Shown: positions 13,161-25,709 of the stretch, piece after piece
Position numbering within the stretch: the stretch's first letter is position 1
Layout of the letters: each line of letters starts with the position of its first letter
From: Octopus sinensis
Taxonomy: Eukaryota
Assembly: GCF_006345805.1 (NCBI RefSeq)
Contig: NC_042998.1
Span: 119,970,001 to 120,034,000 of the forward strand
DNA length: 64,000 bases
Direction of reading: 5' to 3'
Program-made: the position numbers and the translations under genes
The notes under the pieces: model-generated
Databases searched by the model: none
What the model saw: only the letters and a program-made list of their open reading frames with translations
What the model was told of the DNA's origin: nothing

Positions 13161-15544
13161 TCCCTTATTTTTTTCTAAGTACCAGGATGATGACAAGTGG
13201 CTAGACTTGTTCAAATGGCTCTAAAACAATTTTGGTGTTATGAGAGAGAGAGATAGAGAGGTTGGGGAAGGATTGCGTATTTAACTGAAGAATCCTAATT
13301 TTAACCTAATTGGATCTTGTCAGCTCCAAGGTCATTAGAAACAGACAAGTTCTGTATTAGACTTTATGCATTAATCAATATTTAGAATACATGATCTGGT
13401 TGCGTAGTTTTTTAGTGCAAAATAGAAGTACTATCTACAATTCATACGATCTGTAGTCTGTTACATAACACACATACATATAAAGTCATTTATTCTTTAT
13501 TTTACTAGTTCCAATCATTAGATTATGGTCTTGCTGGAAGTGCTACCTTCAAGCAGTTGAATTGACTATAATGATCCCTTTATCAAGTTTCTATAAAGGA
13601 TGGCAATCTATGTCAGTTAGTCCATAACAGAATGAAAATGAGATATAACCAAATACCACAAGGGTTTTTGTTTGATGCAACTAATACTACAATTCTTTAT
13701 TGATACATACAATCACATGTTTGAGAGGCTTCTACACAGTTTCCATCAAACGAATTTCATTCACAAGTCTTCAACTGTTCCAATGTTCTGAGACTGTACT
13801 AAGAGAGACATGCCTCAGATGCCAAGCACTGAAACTATACACAGAATTACATGGTAGTGAACTGAACATCTTAACCACATAGCTATGATGTGTGTGTGTG
13901 GTTTATAACAGAACATCTAGCATTACTAAGATAAATTCTTTCTTTGAAATGAAGTAATATTACATTATTTAGACTTTCATATTTTTCTCACAACTAAAAC
14001 ATGTAAAAGAAAAGTTTTGCCTGTGAAGGAGATTGTGTTTCAGGTTTATTTGTTCATTTAACATCTGATTTCCATGCTAGCATAGGTTGGATGATGGCAT
14101 ATAGCTGAGGCATTGTTTGACATTTAGATGATGCTCTTCATGTGAACACTCATTTTTCAAGCCAAGAATTTTTATTCCACTTAACATTGAGCTGCAGAGA
14201 AATTTGTTGACAGAGAAATTTGTCAACAGCTTTTGCTTGGGCAACTTCAAGTGAAGACATCACAGATTGTAAACATTCACCTAGAAACACATATTCTTGC
14301 CCAACATGCCACACATTGGGACTGGACCTGAAACCATGCGGTTGTAAAGCAAGCATCTTAACCACAACCACATACATACATATCGTCATCATCATGAAAC
14401 CATATACATTTTATGCAGAAGACAAGAGTTAGAAGGACTGACACACACACACACATGGTAAATAGACACTCATTGACTATGCATAGTATATTTTCATTCA
14501 TCTAAATAAGGTATTTATCCACTGAGACTGCTCTATGACTAATTAAGTTAGCCAAGGTTATTTATGGCCAATGTTTATGTGAAGGAAATGAATAGAAAGA
14601 GTGAACTTCGAATATACAACATAAAGAAAATATGGATAAAACATGCATGGTCAGTTCCACTTAATTGCATAACTTTTCAAAGCACCAAACCATTTATCAT
14701 CAAATCTATGTAAAATTGACTGGCTAATTGCATAAGAAATTTTCGACTTTGAGCTAAAAAAAATTGGTGAAATGCAGCATAAAATTGAGAATATCTATTT
14801 GATTTGATACGATGTGAATTAAATGATTCAGAAAGCTTCTGTCTTAATGAGTTTTAATGACTACTAACAGTAGTCAGTACTTTATATTTACAAAAAACCA
14901 ACAGTAATAACAGCAAATGTATTAAGATTATTCATACTGTTTTAAAGAATTAAAGACTATCAAAATATTTTTCTTATTTTTAATTGGATAATATGTATCT
15001 TCAATAAATGAATCTTTTTTTAGAGAGGAATTTGTAAAAAGACAGTTTGAATAAATCAGTGAATGAACACTGTTTTATTGTTTTCATTATTGACTACATT
15101 AGCTTGTTACTAACCCAATTTAAGTTTTCTTAACTAGCATGGCTCTAGTTGTTATCATTAATTAATTCAAAGTGTGTGAAATTCATTGAGAGGACATAAA
15201 TCTGACTAAGCTTGAGTAATTGAAGAACATCAAAGGCAATTGGAGGAAAACCTCAAAGTGGATAAGCAATTGTCATATTGATGCCCATCAATATATTTGA
15301 ACTGAGTGAAGCATAAATAGATTGTGTACACAAAGTGTACTAGAATTTATTTTTGTTTTATTATGTAATCCATAAATGTGCGTAACATAGCAACACTCTC
15401 ATTGCAGCTGAAAAGATATATTGACATCTTGTTAATTTATTGACAACTAGGAAAATTCAGTTAATTGCATAAGAATTTCAATCATCAAGTGTATATAATT
15501 CAATTGGAATAGATTGCATATGTGTGTGTGAGTGTGTGTGTATG

Positions 15545-15574
<30 letters not shown>

Positions 15575-15575
<1 letters not shown>

Positions 15576-15972
15576 CGTTGCCAGAGCAACAAGCTGGCCT
15601 TCGTGCCAATGGCACGTTAAAAACACCATTCGAGCGTGATTGTTACCTGCGTCGCCTTACTAGCACTTGTGCTGGTTGCACATGAAAAACATTCAAGCGA
15701 GGTCGTTGCAAGTGCTGCTGGACTGGCTCCTGTGCAGGTAGCACATAAAAAGCACCATTTGAGCGTGGCTGTTGCCAGTACCACCAAACTGACCCTCGTG
15801 CCGGTGGCATGTAAAAGCACCCACTACACTCTCGGAGTGGTTGGCGTTAGGAAGGGCATCCAGCTGTAGAAACTCTGCCAGATCAGATTGTAGTCTGGTT
15901 GGCCAGACCTCAGTCAAATCGTCCAACCCATGCTAGCATGGAAAGCGGACGTTAAACAATGATGATAATGAT
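15575..15972 (+). mobile_element. RTE LINE 3' UTR/tail
   Basis: Near-collinear with 27090-27527; ends GGACGTTAAACAATGATGAT. Confidence 0.85.
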
Positions 15973-17033
15973 ATATATAAATATATATATATATTTTAAT
16001 GAATACGCATTATGTCTAGATATTTATTTATTTTATCTAGTTTCAGCTCACGAGCTGTGGCCATGCTGGGGCACCGCCATATAAATACATTGCACACTAA
16101 TTTTAGCTAAAATCCTCAGTGCTAAGCTTGTTATACTGCTATTGTTTATCTTAGGTCAACTGTAATGAAACTGATATCCAATCAAAGATGTGCAAACATG
16201 TGATTTTAAATCTGATCCACCTGTTTGACACCTTGAACTAATGTCTTTTATCACTACCAAAAGTCAACAAAAGCCTTTGAGTGGAACTTCATAAATGGAA
16301 ACTACATGGAAGTACATACTGTGTGCATACTTCCGTGTTTGTATCTTTCACCTAAATACACTGGTGAAGGATGTAAACACTGGCGACAAAACTGATCGCT
16401 TGGTGCTCTTGAAACCAAGTCCTTTATGACATATATTCCGCACCAAGTTACAGATATGCAATGACTAGTGATTGGCTCCATCAAAAACTGAAACCAATAA
16501 CACTACTGTTTACCAATACGGAAATAAAATAACTTTGAGCATCCTGTCTGTTTATCTGATTAGTCTACTACCCTTTTTGAGATGAGGGAAATTTGACTGT
16601 TATTTCTAGTAAGGTAAGTGGCTATGTAGAGGTTCTCTCATTGGCTCAGAGTGTATGCTTCTGTTGTTTATAAAGTTGAGTGACAATGCAAAGGCTCTCT
16701 CATTGATTATTATACCAAAAAGTACCCAAGACATTTCAATGGACTACAAACCTCCACTATATGTGACCTCAAGCCAATGCTAGAAATTAAATTTATATCT
16801 TATATTTTTTTTTTTCATTTATTGCTACCTCTTCTCCACTTGAGATAAAGCCCCTATTTTCTATGCATAAAGCACTGTGCAGTGGATTCAAACCCAGAAC
16901 ACTACATGATTACAAAGATTAAAAACAAGATGAATACAGTTGGAATGCTTCTGATCATAGGTTTGCTACATCAAGACTGATTTGGGATAAACAAATGTAA
17001 TAAGTGAACTCCCAAATATTCTTTGACAATATA

Positions 17034-17898
17034 TGGGGTGCAATGAGTAAATTGTCGCTATTTTATATTTTCAATTTCATGCATGTGCATTATCTTTGAT
17101 TTTGTCAACTACGTAGTATAGTAGGATCAGTTGGGCACCATCTGTGAGAAAAACAGCATCATGACGTAATTCACTTGGCCAGAAATTTGGAAATGACATG
17201 CTGTACTGCTTGGCATTTGTGCTGGAAGCTCCAATATGAACAAATGGTGAATACACAGAACAACCGTTGGCTTGCAGTATCCCTAAAACATGTACCAAGA
17301 GTGATAAAAAAAAATCAAACACCCAGTCAACATCATGGTATCTGGAATGATCACTAGTTATGGCAACATTATGCCTCCATTCATCTTCTCACACAGTCTC
17401 AGATTCAACATGGAAGCCCTACGTCAAATGCCTGGAGGAGGTAGTGCTGCCCTGGGTCATGAGGGTGGCTGCTGGAAGACCCTATACCTGGCAACAGGAC
17501 TGCATCATGCCTCACAAGCAGGAGAACCCAGTCATGGCTATCAGACAATTTCTGCAACCACATCACCCCTAACTCCCCAGACTTCAAACCCCTTATTATG
17601 TGTGGGGCCACAGTTGAATGAGAGACCAACAAAACTCCTTGTAACAGATGAATGGAAAGCAAGGATTATGGTAACATTCACCAACTTAAACAAGGAGTCA
17701 GTCCAAAAGAGTTGCAGGAGATTCTAAAGTCGTCTCGAAGTCGTGGTTGAAGCCAATGGTGATTTTATTACATAAATTTACTCTTTAGTATTTCGAGATA
17801 TTTTTACGTAATTTTTGTAAATATATCTGTTAAAATGAGATGTCAGTGTTATTTTCATTTTTGCGTAATTTAGATGACAATATATTCACCGCATCCTG
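17034..17898 (+). mobile_element. Tc1/mariner-superfamily element (maT/DD37D-like), internally deleted
   Basis: Imperfect TIRs (TGGGGTGCAATGAGTAAATTGTC / reverse CAGGATGCGGTGAATATATTGTC) flanked by TA. Peptide pieces YVKCLEEVVLPWV..GRPYTWQQD, NSPDF and KARIMVTFTNLNKESVQKSCRRF. Confidence 0.85.
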
Positions 17899-19759
17899 TA
17901 TATAAAAATTTTTTAATAAGATTAAAAATAATATTAAAAAAGCCCATCTCACTCCACCTTGAAAGGATATGTTTATAGATGTCAATGTCGCATATAGTGA
18001 CAGATTAACAAATAAACAGAGATGTAGACTGATAAAAATAGACAAATAAATAAACATACAGATATAGACAAATAGAGATGTTAGAAAACAGAATTTTATT
18101 ATGATTAGTCTGATATCATTATTAGTTTCACCAATTAATTCAGACTATTATCACTTGGTTAATGAAGCTAACAAGATGATCTCATCTGATGTATTACAAA
18201 GATTAGACATCAAAGAGATGGAGAAAGAAGCAAGAAGTCGTGGAAGACAGTGGTTGAAGATTTATTTCAAATCAGTGGTTTTGAAAGGGAAGTGGGACAA
18301 GGAAGATGAAAGAGATGCAGAGAGAGAGAGAGAGAGAGAGATGCATGTGAAGGAAAAGAAAGACTGGTGTTCAGCATGATGAGAAGGACTGCAGTTTTTA
18401 TGTGTTGACATATTCCCAATGAACAGCTTCAGAAAGAGTTAGTTGATTTGATCAGTAATTGTAGTTAATATACTAAACTATGTATTACTGTATCATCTGG
18501 TCAAAAGGAGTCAAGGGAGGAGAAACAACATCTTTAATTTTATTGGATTCACAGATGAAAGACTATTGAATTCAACTGAATTATCTCTGCCATTTCCAAT
18601 TATTACTCTTTCCCGCTATCTCTCTCACAACAAAATTATGTATAACCACTTCTCTCTCTAAGGGAACTGACAATATCTAACACCACCCTCTACATGCCAA
18701 GCCTAGTCCAGTATACTGGTGCTTGTTGCAGAATTAACGTTGCAAGATATATTAACATAGGTAATTTGAGAGAAAGGGGACATCTATGTGGTTATTTACT
18801 CTACTAGAAATATATCAACAAAATCTCTCAAACCTTTCTAAATTCTCAACACTTAGAGGAGGAGGGGCAACAGCCAAGACCCTTTACAAGGTCTCTGAGA
18901 CCAATAGGAAATTATCCTCAGACAGAGAGCTGTTTGAGATGCCACACACTTTCCATCAATGACATTTCAGTCACAAAGCTTTACTCAATGAGCCCAATGT
19001 GTCACACAGTGGGATTGAACCTGAACCAACATTGTTGCATAATGAACTTCTTAAAACGCACAACCATGTTCGTCTAAAAGAAAAAAAAAAGATAAAATAG
19101 TCATAACATGAAGGTCTTAGATGATAGGTCTTTGGATCAGGGTGGATATGAAGTTAAGAGTGCAAAATATATTACAGTACGTAATTCAAGTTTGGAGATT
19201 CAATTTCTTTTTTAATACACAGAGATTTGTAAATATCACAATGGCTGAATTTTATACAAGTTTGCTCAATTACTGACACTGGTGCTAAAGTGTTGATTTA
19301 TCTTCATCAAAACCTAGCATGCACTGAATAGGTTAGCAACACAGTAAATATCTAAAGTTCTTGGATGTCTCTTCTAATCTTCAAGAAACCTGACCACCGC
19401 ATTTTTAAGCTTCATCAAAATTTTTTCTAGATTTAATTTCTACACCAGCTAATCTCCCAAAACATTACATATGAACATTAAATGATCATTATCAATATAG
19501 CTGTTTCTTCTGCACACTATGGGCCAACCTTTCTTCAAAGAATGTTTCACCAGTTATTGTGGCATAACACTCAACATATTGTTATACAATATATTATCAA
19601 ACATCACTTCACTTCTAATACACAGATTATTATAGAGCCTTTTTTAATATCAACATCACTTTACAGTACAATACAAAATACACTTCCTCAACTCTTCTTC
19701 AAACCTGCATTCCAACACTTCCCTAACTCTTCAAACCTGTATTCAACATACTACATCAA

Positions 19760-20035
19760 GTCTTCACATCTATATCCCACATCCATCATTAACTCTCCAC
19801 ATCTGTATCCCATATGCTTCCTCACTCTCCACATCTGTATCCCATATGCTTCCTCACTCTCCACACCTGTCTCATAAGCTTCTTCACTCTCCACATCTAT
19901 ATCCCATATACTTCCATACTGTTCACATCTATATCCCATGTTTCGCATACTCTTCACACCTATATCCCCATATACTTTTTAACTCTTCATATCTGCATTA
20001 CACACACTTCCTTCCTCAAATGTTCATACCTGTAT
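19760..20035. repeat. ~32-bp minisatellite, ~8 degenerate copies
   Basis: Unit CTCTCCACATCTGTATCCCATATGCTTCCTCA; two identical central copies, outer copies diverged. Confidence 0.9.
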
Positions 20036-20905
20036 AAATAAGACAAAAACTTTAACAATTAGGGCAGTGGATTGGCAGAATACCTTGTGTATATATTTAG
20101 TTTCTTTACATTCTGAGTTCAAATCCCACTGAGGTCAGCTTTATCTTTCATCCATCCAAGCTCAATAAAATAAAGAAACAGTCAAGTACTAGAGTTGATG
20201 GCATTGACTAAGCCCTTCTTCCATATTGCTGACCTTGTCCTTCAATTGAAAACATTATTATTATATGAAGGCAGTGAGCAGGAAGAATTGTTAGCACACT
20301 GGCCAAAATGCTTTGCAGAGTTTCATGTTTCTATGTTCTGAGTTCAAATTCTGTTGAGATCAACTTTGCCTTTCATCCTTTCAGGGTCAATAAAATAAAT
20401 ACTAGTAAAGTACAGGGGCCGATGTAATCTACTAGTCTCCTCCCCACAAATTTTAGGCCTTGTGCCTTTAGTAGAAAGGATTATCATATTCAGACAAAAT
20501 ACCAGTAGCAGCATTTCTTCCCACTCTTTACATTCTTGAGTTCAAAAGCTGCCAAGAACAACTTTACCTTTCATCCTTTCAAGGTCAATAAAGTATCAGT
20601 CAGATACTGGCATTCAAATAATCAATTTGTCCCTCCCCTAAAATTCCTGGCCTTGTGCCAAAATTTGAAATTATTATTATTATTAAAATGGCAAGCTAGC
20701 AGAATTCTTAGAATGCCAGACAAAGTGTTTAGCAGCGTTTCGGCCATCTTTAAGTTCTGAGTTCAACTTTTGCCAAGGTTAACTTTGCCTTTCATTCTAT
20801 TAGTACAAATAAAATAAGTACCAGTCAAGCACTGGAGTCAATATAATCAACTAGCCCCAACCCCAAAAATTTCAAGCCATGTGACTATAGTTGAAAGAAT
20901 TATTA

Positions 20906-21271
20906 TTACCTCCACCTTAGCAAAGGTGGAGGTTTGTTTTCAATCGTGTTTGTTCGTCCGTGGACGAAATATCTCAAGAACTGCTGGATGAATTCGGATA
21001 AAACTTTCAGGGATGCTTGGCCTTGTGACTGGCACAAACTGATTAGATTTTGGGATTGATCTGGTACAGGATAAAGATTCTGGATTATTTTTCCTGTTTT
21101 TTTCCTTTTTTACTTTTTGAGAGTGGTTGTGTTTCTTTTTTAGTATTCTCATTTGTGAGAGCAGTCAGGTTTATTTTAGATATTCTCATCCTAAAAATCA
21201 TCCCTGGCTAATTGTTGAGAGGACGTTTGTGTTGCCTTGACAGAGGTTTGCACTTTCTGAGTGCTCTTGTT
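20906..21271. mobile_element. Helentron-associated (HINE/DINE-1-like) non-autonomous element
   Basis: Perfect 11-bp hairpin ACCTCCACCTT-AGCA-AAGGTGGAGGT (20908-20933), GTTT repeats, and end GAGGTTTGCACTTTCTGAGTGCTCTTGTT. Family assignment from recalled architecture. Confidence 0.6.
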
Positions 21272-21339
21272 ATTATTACAATTATTGTTATTATGCAGCC
21301 TTGTGGGTATGTCATGATACATCTCCAACACTGTCTGTT

Positions 21340-21715
21340 TCTCTCTAATTCTATTTCTTTCCCTGCAGAGATAACCAAGTATCTCCTCTATAGTATGACA
21401 CATATGTCTATCCTTATATTATACTTTAACTTCTCAACCGGCACAAAGCCACCTCCCTCAGTATCACACTCTCTCCTAGCCAAGGTGGGGATCTTCATCT
21501 TGCAAGTTACTAGGTGTCCCTGTTGGTGCTAGTGCCATGTAAAAAGCACCCAGTACACTCTGTAAAGTGGTTGGCATTAGGAAATGCATCCAGCCATAAA
21601 AACCATGTTAAAGCAGACAATGGAGCCTAGTGCAGTTCTATGGCTTGCCACCTCCTGTCAAACCGTCCAATCCATACAAGAATGGAAAACAGGTATTAAC
21701 TGATGACAACAATGA
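21340..21715 (+). mobile_element. RTE LINE 3' UTR/tail variant
   Basis: CTTGCAAGTTAC..GCCATGTAAAAAGCACC..AGGAAATGCATCCAGC..ATGGAAAAC motifs. Confidence 0.7.
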
Positions 21716-24049
21716 TTATTATTAAGGCAGTGATCTGGCAGAATTGCTAGCACATCAGACAAGATGCTTACTAGAGTTTTATTCCTTTTTACATTCTACG
21801 TCCAAATTCCACTGAGGTTGACTGCCTTTCATCCCTGTTGGGATTAATAAAACAAGTACCAGTTAAGCACTGGGACTGATGTAATTGACTAGCTCTTTTC
21901 CCCCAATTATTAGGCCTTGTACCTAAAGTAGAAAGGATTATTATTATTATTAAGGTGGTGAGCTGGCAGAGTTGTTAGCATGCTAGGGAAAATGCTTAGT
22001 GGATTTTCATCTGTCACTATGTTCTGAGTTCAAATTCCATCAAGGTCAACTTCACCTTTCATCCTTTTGGGGTCGATAAATTAAGTACTAGTGAAACAGT
22101 GAAGTTGATGTAATCATCTAGTCCTTGCCCACCAAATTTCAGGCCTTATGCCTCCAGTAGAAAGGATTATTATTATTATTATTATTATTAAGGCAGCGAG
22201 CTGGCAGAATTGTTATCACACTGAACAAAATGCTTAGTGGCATTTTGTCCATCTTTACTTTCAGTGTTCAATCTGCTGAGGTTGACCTTGCTTTCATCTT
22301 TCCAGAGTAGAGAGTGGTTGATGCAATTGACTTATCCATCCCCTGAAATTGTTGGCTTTGTACCAAAATTTGAAACGATTATTATTATTATTATTATTGT
22401 TATTATTAATAATAATACCATTAAATATGGAGTATTGAGAGAATCAACAGACTAGTAGACTAAATGACTTGCAGAATTTAGTTAAGCAACTTTTACATTA
22501 CAGGTCCAAGTCTCAGCAAATTCAATTTTACAATTCATTCTTTTCTGATTAATAGAATTAGTACTAGGCAAGTGCTAGGGATCACTTTAATTGACTACAC
22601 ACTCACCTAAAATTTATGTTCTTGTGCCTAAGTTAGAAATTATTATTATAAAGGCAGTGGATAAACTGAATCAATAGAACACCTGACAAAATTCCTTGCC
22701 ACACTGGAAATAACTGCCACTTCCAATAAATGTTTGACAAGAACTCAGCATTTTCCTACTGGACAACTATTTATTGATCATAAACAATATATTTGTGCAG
22801 TGTAAACCCTTAAAATACCAATTCCATCACAAGTTGATCTTAGTTGTTTCGTCAAATAATAAAATGTTTGTAACTTGTTTGCCTTCATTAATAGAACCTC
22901 ATCTGTTGACTTTGTAGTCATTCTTTCAATTATAAACTGTTATTCACATTTAAGATATTCATAATTAAAGAGGTTTTCCTTCCGGAATAGTCCATCCTAA
23001 TTTAAGGTCAATATAACATTAACTTGACCTACACTGATCTATAGTGGTAACCAGTGCCACTAGTAGTCAACTTATTTTATGAGCCAATGAGGAAACCTCT
23101 ATTTGGTTTCTTGATTTGCTGAAAACAGCAGCCAAATACCATCAAATCATGGGCTATCATCTTAAAAAGGAAAAAAAAACACTGGACAACATAATCCTAG
23201 GTGAACCAAAAGACATGCTTGTCATCATTGGAGCACTTTTAATCACAAATCTTGCAATCAGAAATGACTTGTAGTTAACACATTTTACTTTATGTAGCTA
23301 AAAACCCAAGAGATATGGAGATCACAATCCAAGTATGACTTTACTAATGTGAAGTCTGATATAATGAAAGACACCAGTTGGAGAAATGGCCTTCCATACC
23401 AGTTACAAAACACATACATACACACATATATCATCAGCAGCAGTTAACATTTGTTTTCCATACTGGCCTTGATTAGATGCATCATTAGATTCCTTATCAC
23501 TTCTTATTTGGAGTTACTGTCCTCGTTGACAAGTCTGAAGACTTGTTTCACTTCCATAGTCTTATTTAGCATGGTTTTTACAGTTGTATGCCCTTCCTAA
23601 CATCAACTAGTTTACAGAGAGCAATGAGTGTGTTTTATTGTAGCACCAATATGAAGCTGCCATACTTTAAAGGTCATTTTGACTAGGTTGCCTCCATTCA
23701 TTCAACATCCATTTTACAAAGTGTACTAGGTGCATTTTATCATAAAACCAGCATTAGTGAGGTTGCCTTTTACCCACCGCAAAGCTGAGAGTTCTTACTA
23801 CCCTACACTGCTTCTGTATATCCAAAGCAACATGATCAAGAGGGACAATAAGTGAGAGATAGCAAATGATAAAAGAACTAGAGTGGCTGAAAGCAGTAGG
23901 AGTATGAAAGGAAAAACAGAAGGAGGAATAAAAGTGAAGTACTATTGTCAGGATGTAATGGAAGGGTGGCTGACTGAGTACTCTGAGTTAGTAAAACTTG
24001 AATAAGAGGGAGAATAAAGACTAGAGATGAAGTAGTGAGGGCTGATCTG

Positions 24050-24365
24050 AATATACTGCATCGCATGGAGATGGCAATAACTGGCACTCAAGAGTTCCAG
24101 TTGATCCAATCAACAGAACAGCCTACTTGTGAAATTAATGTGAATGTGGATGAGTATTCCACATACACGTGTACCCTTAACATAGTTCTCACAGAGATTC
24201 AGCATGACATGGCTGACCCTATGAATTACAGGTACAACTCATTTTTACCAGCTGAGTGGACTGTGGCATCACGAAATAAAGAGTGGACACAATGCATTGC
24301 TGGGTATCGAACTGATGACCTTATGATTGTGAGCTGAATACCTTAACCACTAAGCCATATGCTTT
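24050..24365 (-). mobile_element. tRNA-derived SINE (related copy at 46265-46560, +)
   Basis: Shared CAACAGAACAGCCT.C.TG.GAAATTAA block and a tRNA-like end CTTAACCACTAAGCCAT. Confidence 0.7.
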
Positions 24366-24629
24366 CACCGGAGATGATAAAGGACTATACTGATTGGCAA
24401 TACATGGTGCTACAGAAGACCTGTCTACCAATGGTAAAATGTACCCTGACACAAGGAAAGAGTTTAGAAGCTATGATATATTTTGAACCCTTCCAAGGCT
24501 ACCTTTATTGTCCTTTCACCATGCAACCTTAGCCTCACTTCTCATCTATTGCTTTCTCACCTTCCTGTCATCTTATCACTCACAGTGCCCCATTTCATTT
24601 TTTATTATTTTTATATTTCTACATTTTTT

Positions 24630-25662
24630 CCCATCCTTGTTTTTGTATACATTTGCTGCTTTCTTCCAAGGAATCTAGTGCTCTTAGCTTAGTTTTTCCT
24701 TGGGGCTAGCCAGACTGGAGCAATCTCGAGTATAACCAGCTGAACTTGCAAAGATAATCTGCAACACGACTGAGGAAAGAAAACTCTGAACCACCCATCC
24801 TTGTTTTCTTTGTATTGCTTGTCTGGATGTTTTGTTGTCCCTTTTTTGTATCACCTGTCTGGATGTTTTCCATTCTTGTCCCATTTTTGTATTTTTTAGC
24901 AACATACATACACTTTGGTCTCTTATATGTAAATATGTATATATATTTAAATTTTGTACGAATATTATTCTTTCGTTCTTTCCCTCAGCCTCTTCCCACT
25001 TACTTCGTTCATTCCACACTTTGTTCTTTCGTTCCCCCTCTCTCTCATTTCCTAGCCTTTTCTTCATGTTCACCTTCCCTCCTCTTTCACTTCAGTTAGT
25101 CCCTTTCATTTGTTTTCCTTGACCCTCCTCAATTCTTCTATCCCTCGGCCTCTACCTTTCTCTCTTCTCTCCCCATGTGACCAGTGTGTGGCCAAGCCTG
25201 ACCTTTCTTTCTTGGTTTCAACTACCATCCGTGCAACATCTATATTCCTCCCTGTGTCTGTAAAATCTTATGTCCCTACCGTAAGGCTTTACTTCCACAC
25301 ACACACCAGCTTAATTTAATTTGTCCTTAGTCGAAAGACACCTGTTGTTAATGTCCTGTTATTTGTATTTGTGTACCATTTCTTTGTTTTTTTCTGTCCT
25401 TGTTTTCGTATACATTCACTGCTTTCTTCCAAAGAATCTAGTGCTCTTGGCTTAGTTTTTCTTTGGGGCTGGCCAGATTGGTGCAATCTCAAGTATAACC
25501 AGCCAAAATTGCAAAGATAATCTGGAACTCAACTGAGGAAAGAAAACTCTGAATGACCCATCCTTGTTTTCTTTGTATTTCTTTGTATTGTCTGCCTGGA
25601 TGTTTTGTTATCCCATTTTTGTATCACCTGCCAGGATGTTTTGCATTCTTGTCCCATTTTTG

Positions 25663-25670
<8 letters not shown>
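24630..25670. repeat. Two ~265-bp direct repeats (24634-24897, 25397-25668) around a pyrimidine-rich spacer; Penelope-pLTR-like
   Basis: The copies align along their length and both contain CTGAGGAAAGAAAACTCTGAA. The repeat is directly visible; the Penelope assignment is inference. Confidence 0.6.
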
Positions 25671-25703
<33 letters not shown>

Positions 25704-25709
25704 TATATA

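Larger units (their letters stand above)
20060..22700 (+). mobile_element. Cluster of ~8 head-to-tail family-A SINEs (interrupted by a HINE-like element and an RTE tail)
   Basis: Repeated AAGGCAG/TGAG.TGGCAGAAT..GAGTTCAAAT..TTTCATCC..AAGTAC..GGCCTTGTGCC..AGAAAGGATTATTATT units. Confidence 0.85.
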
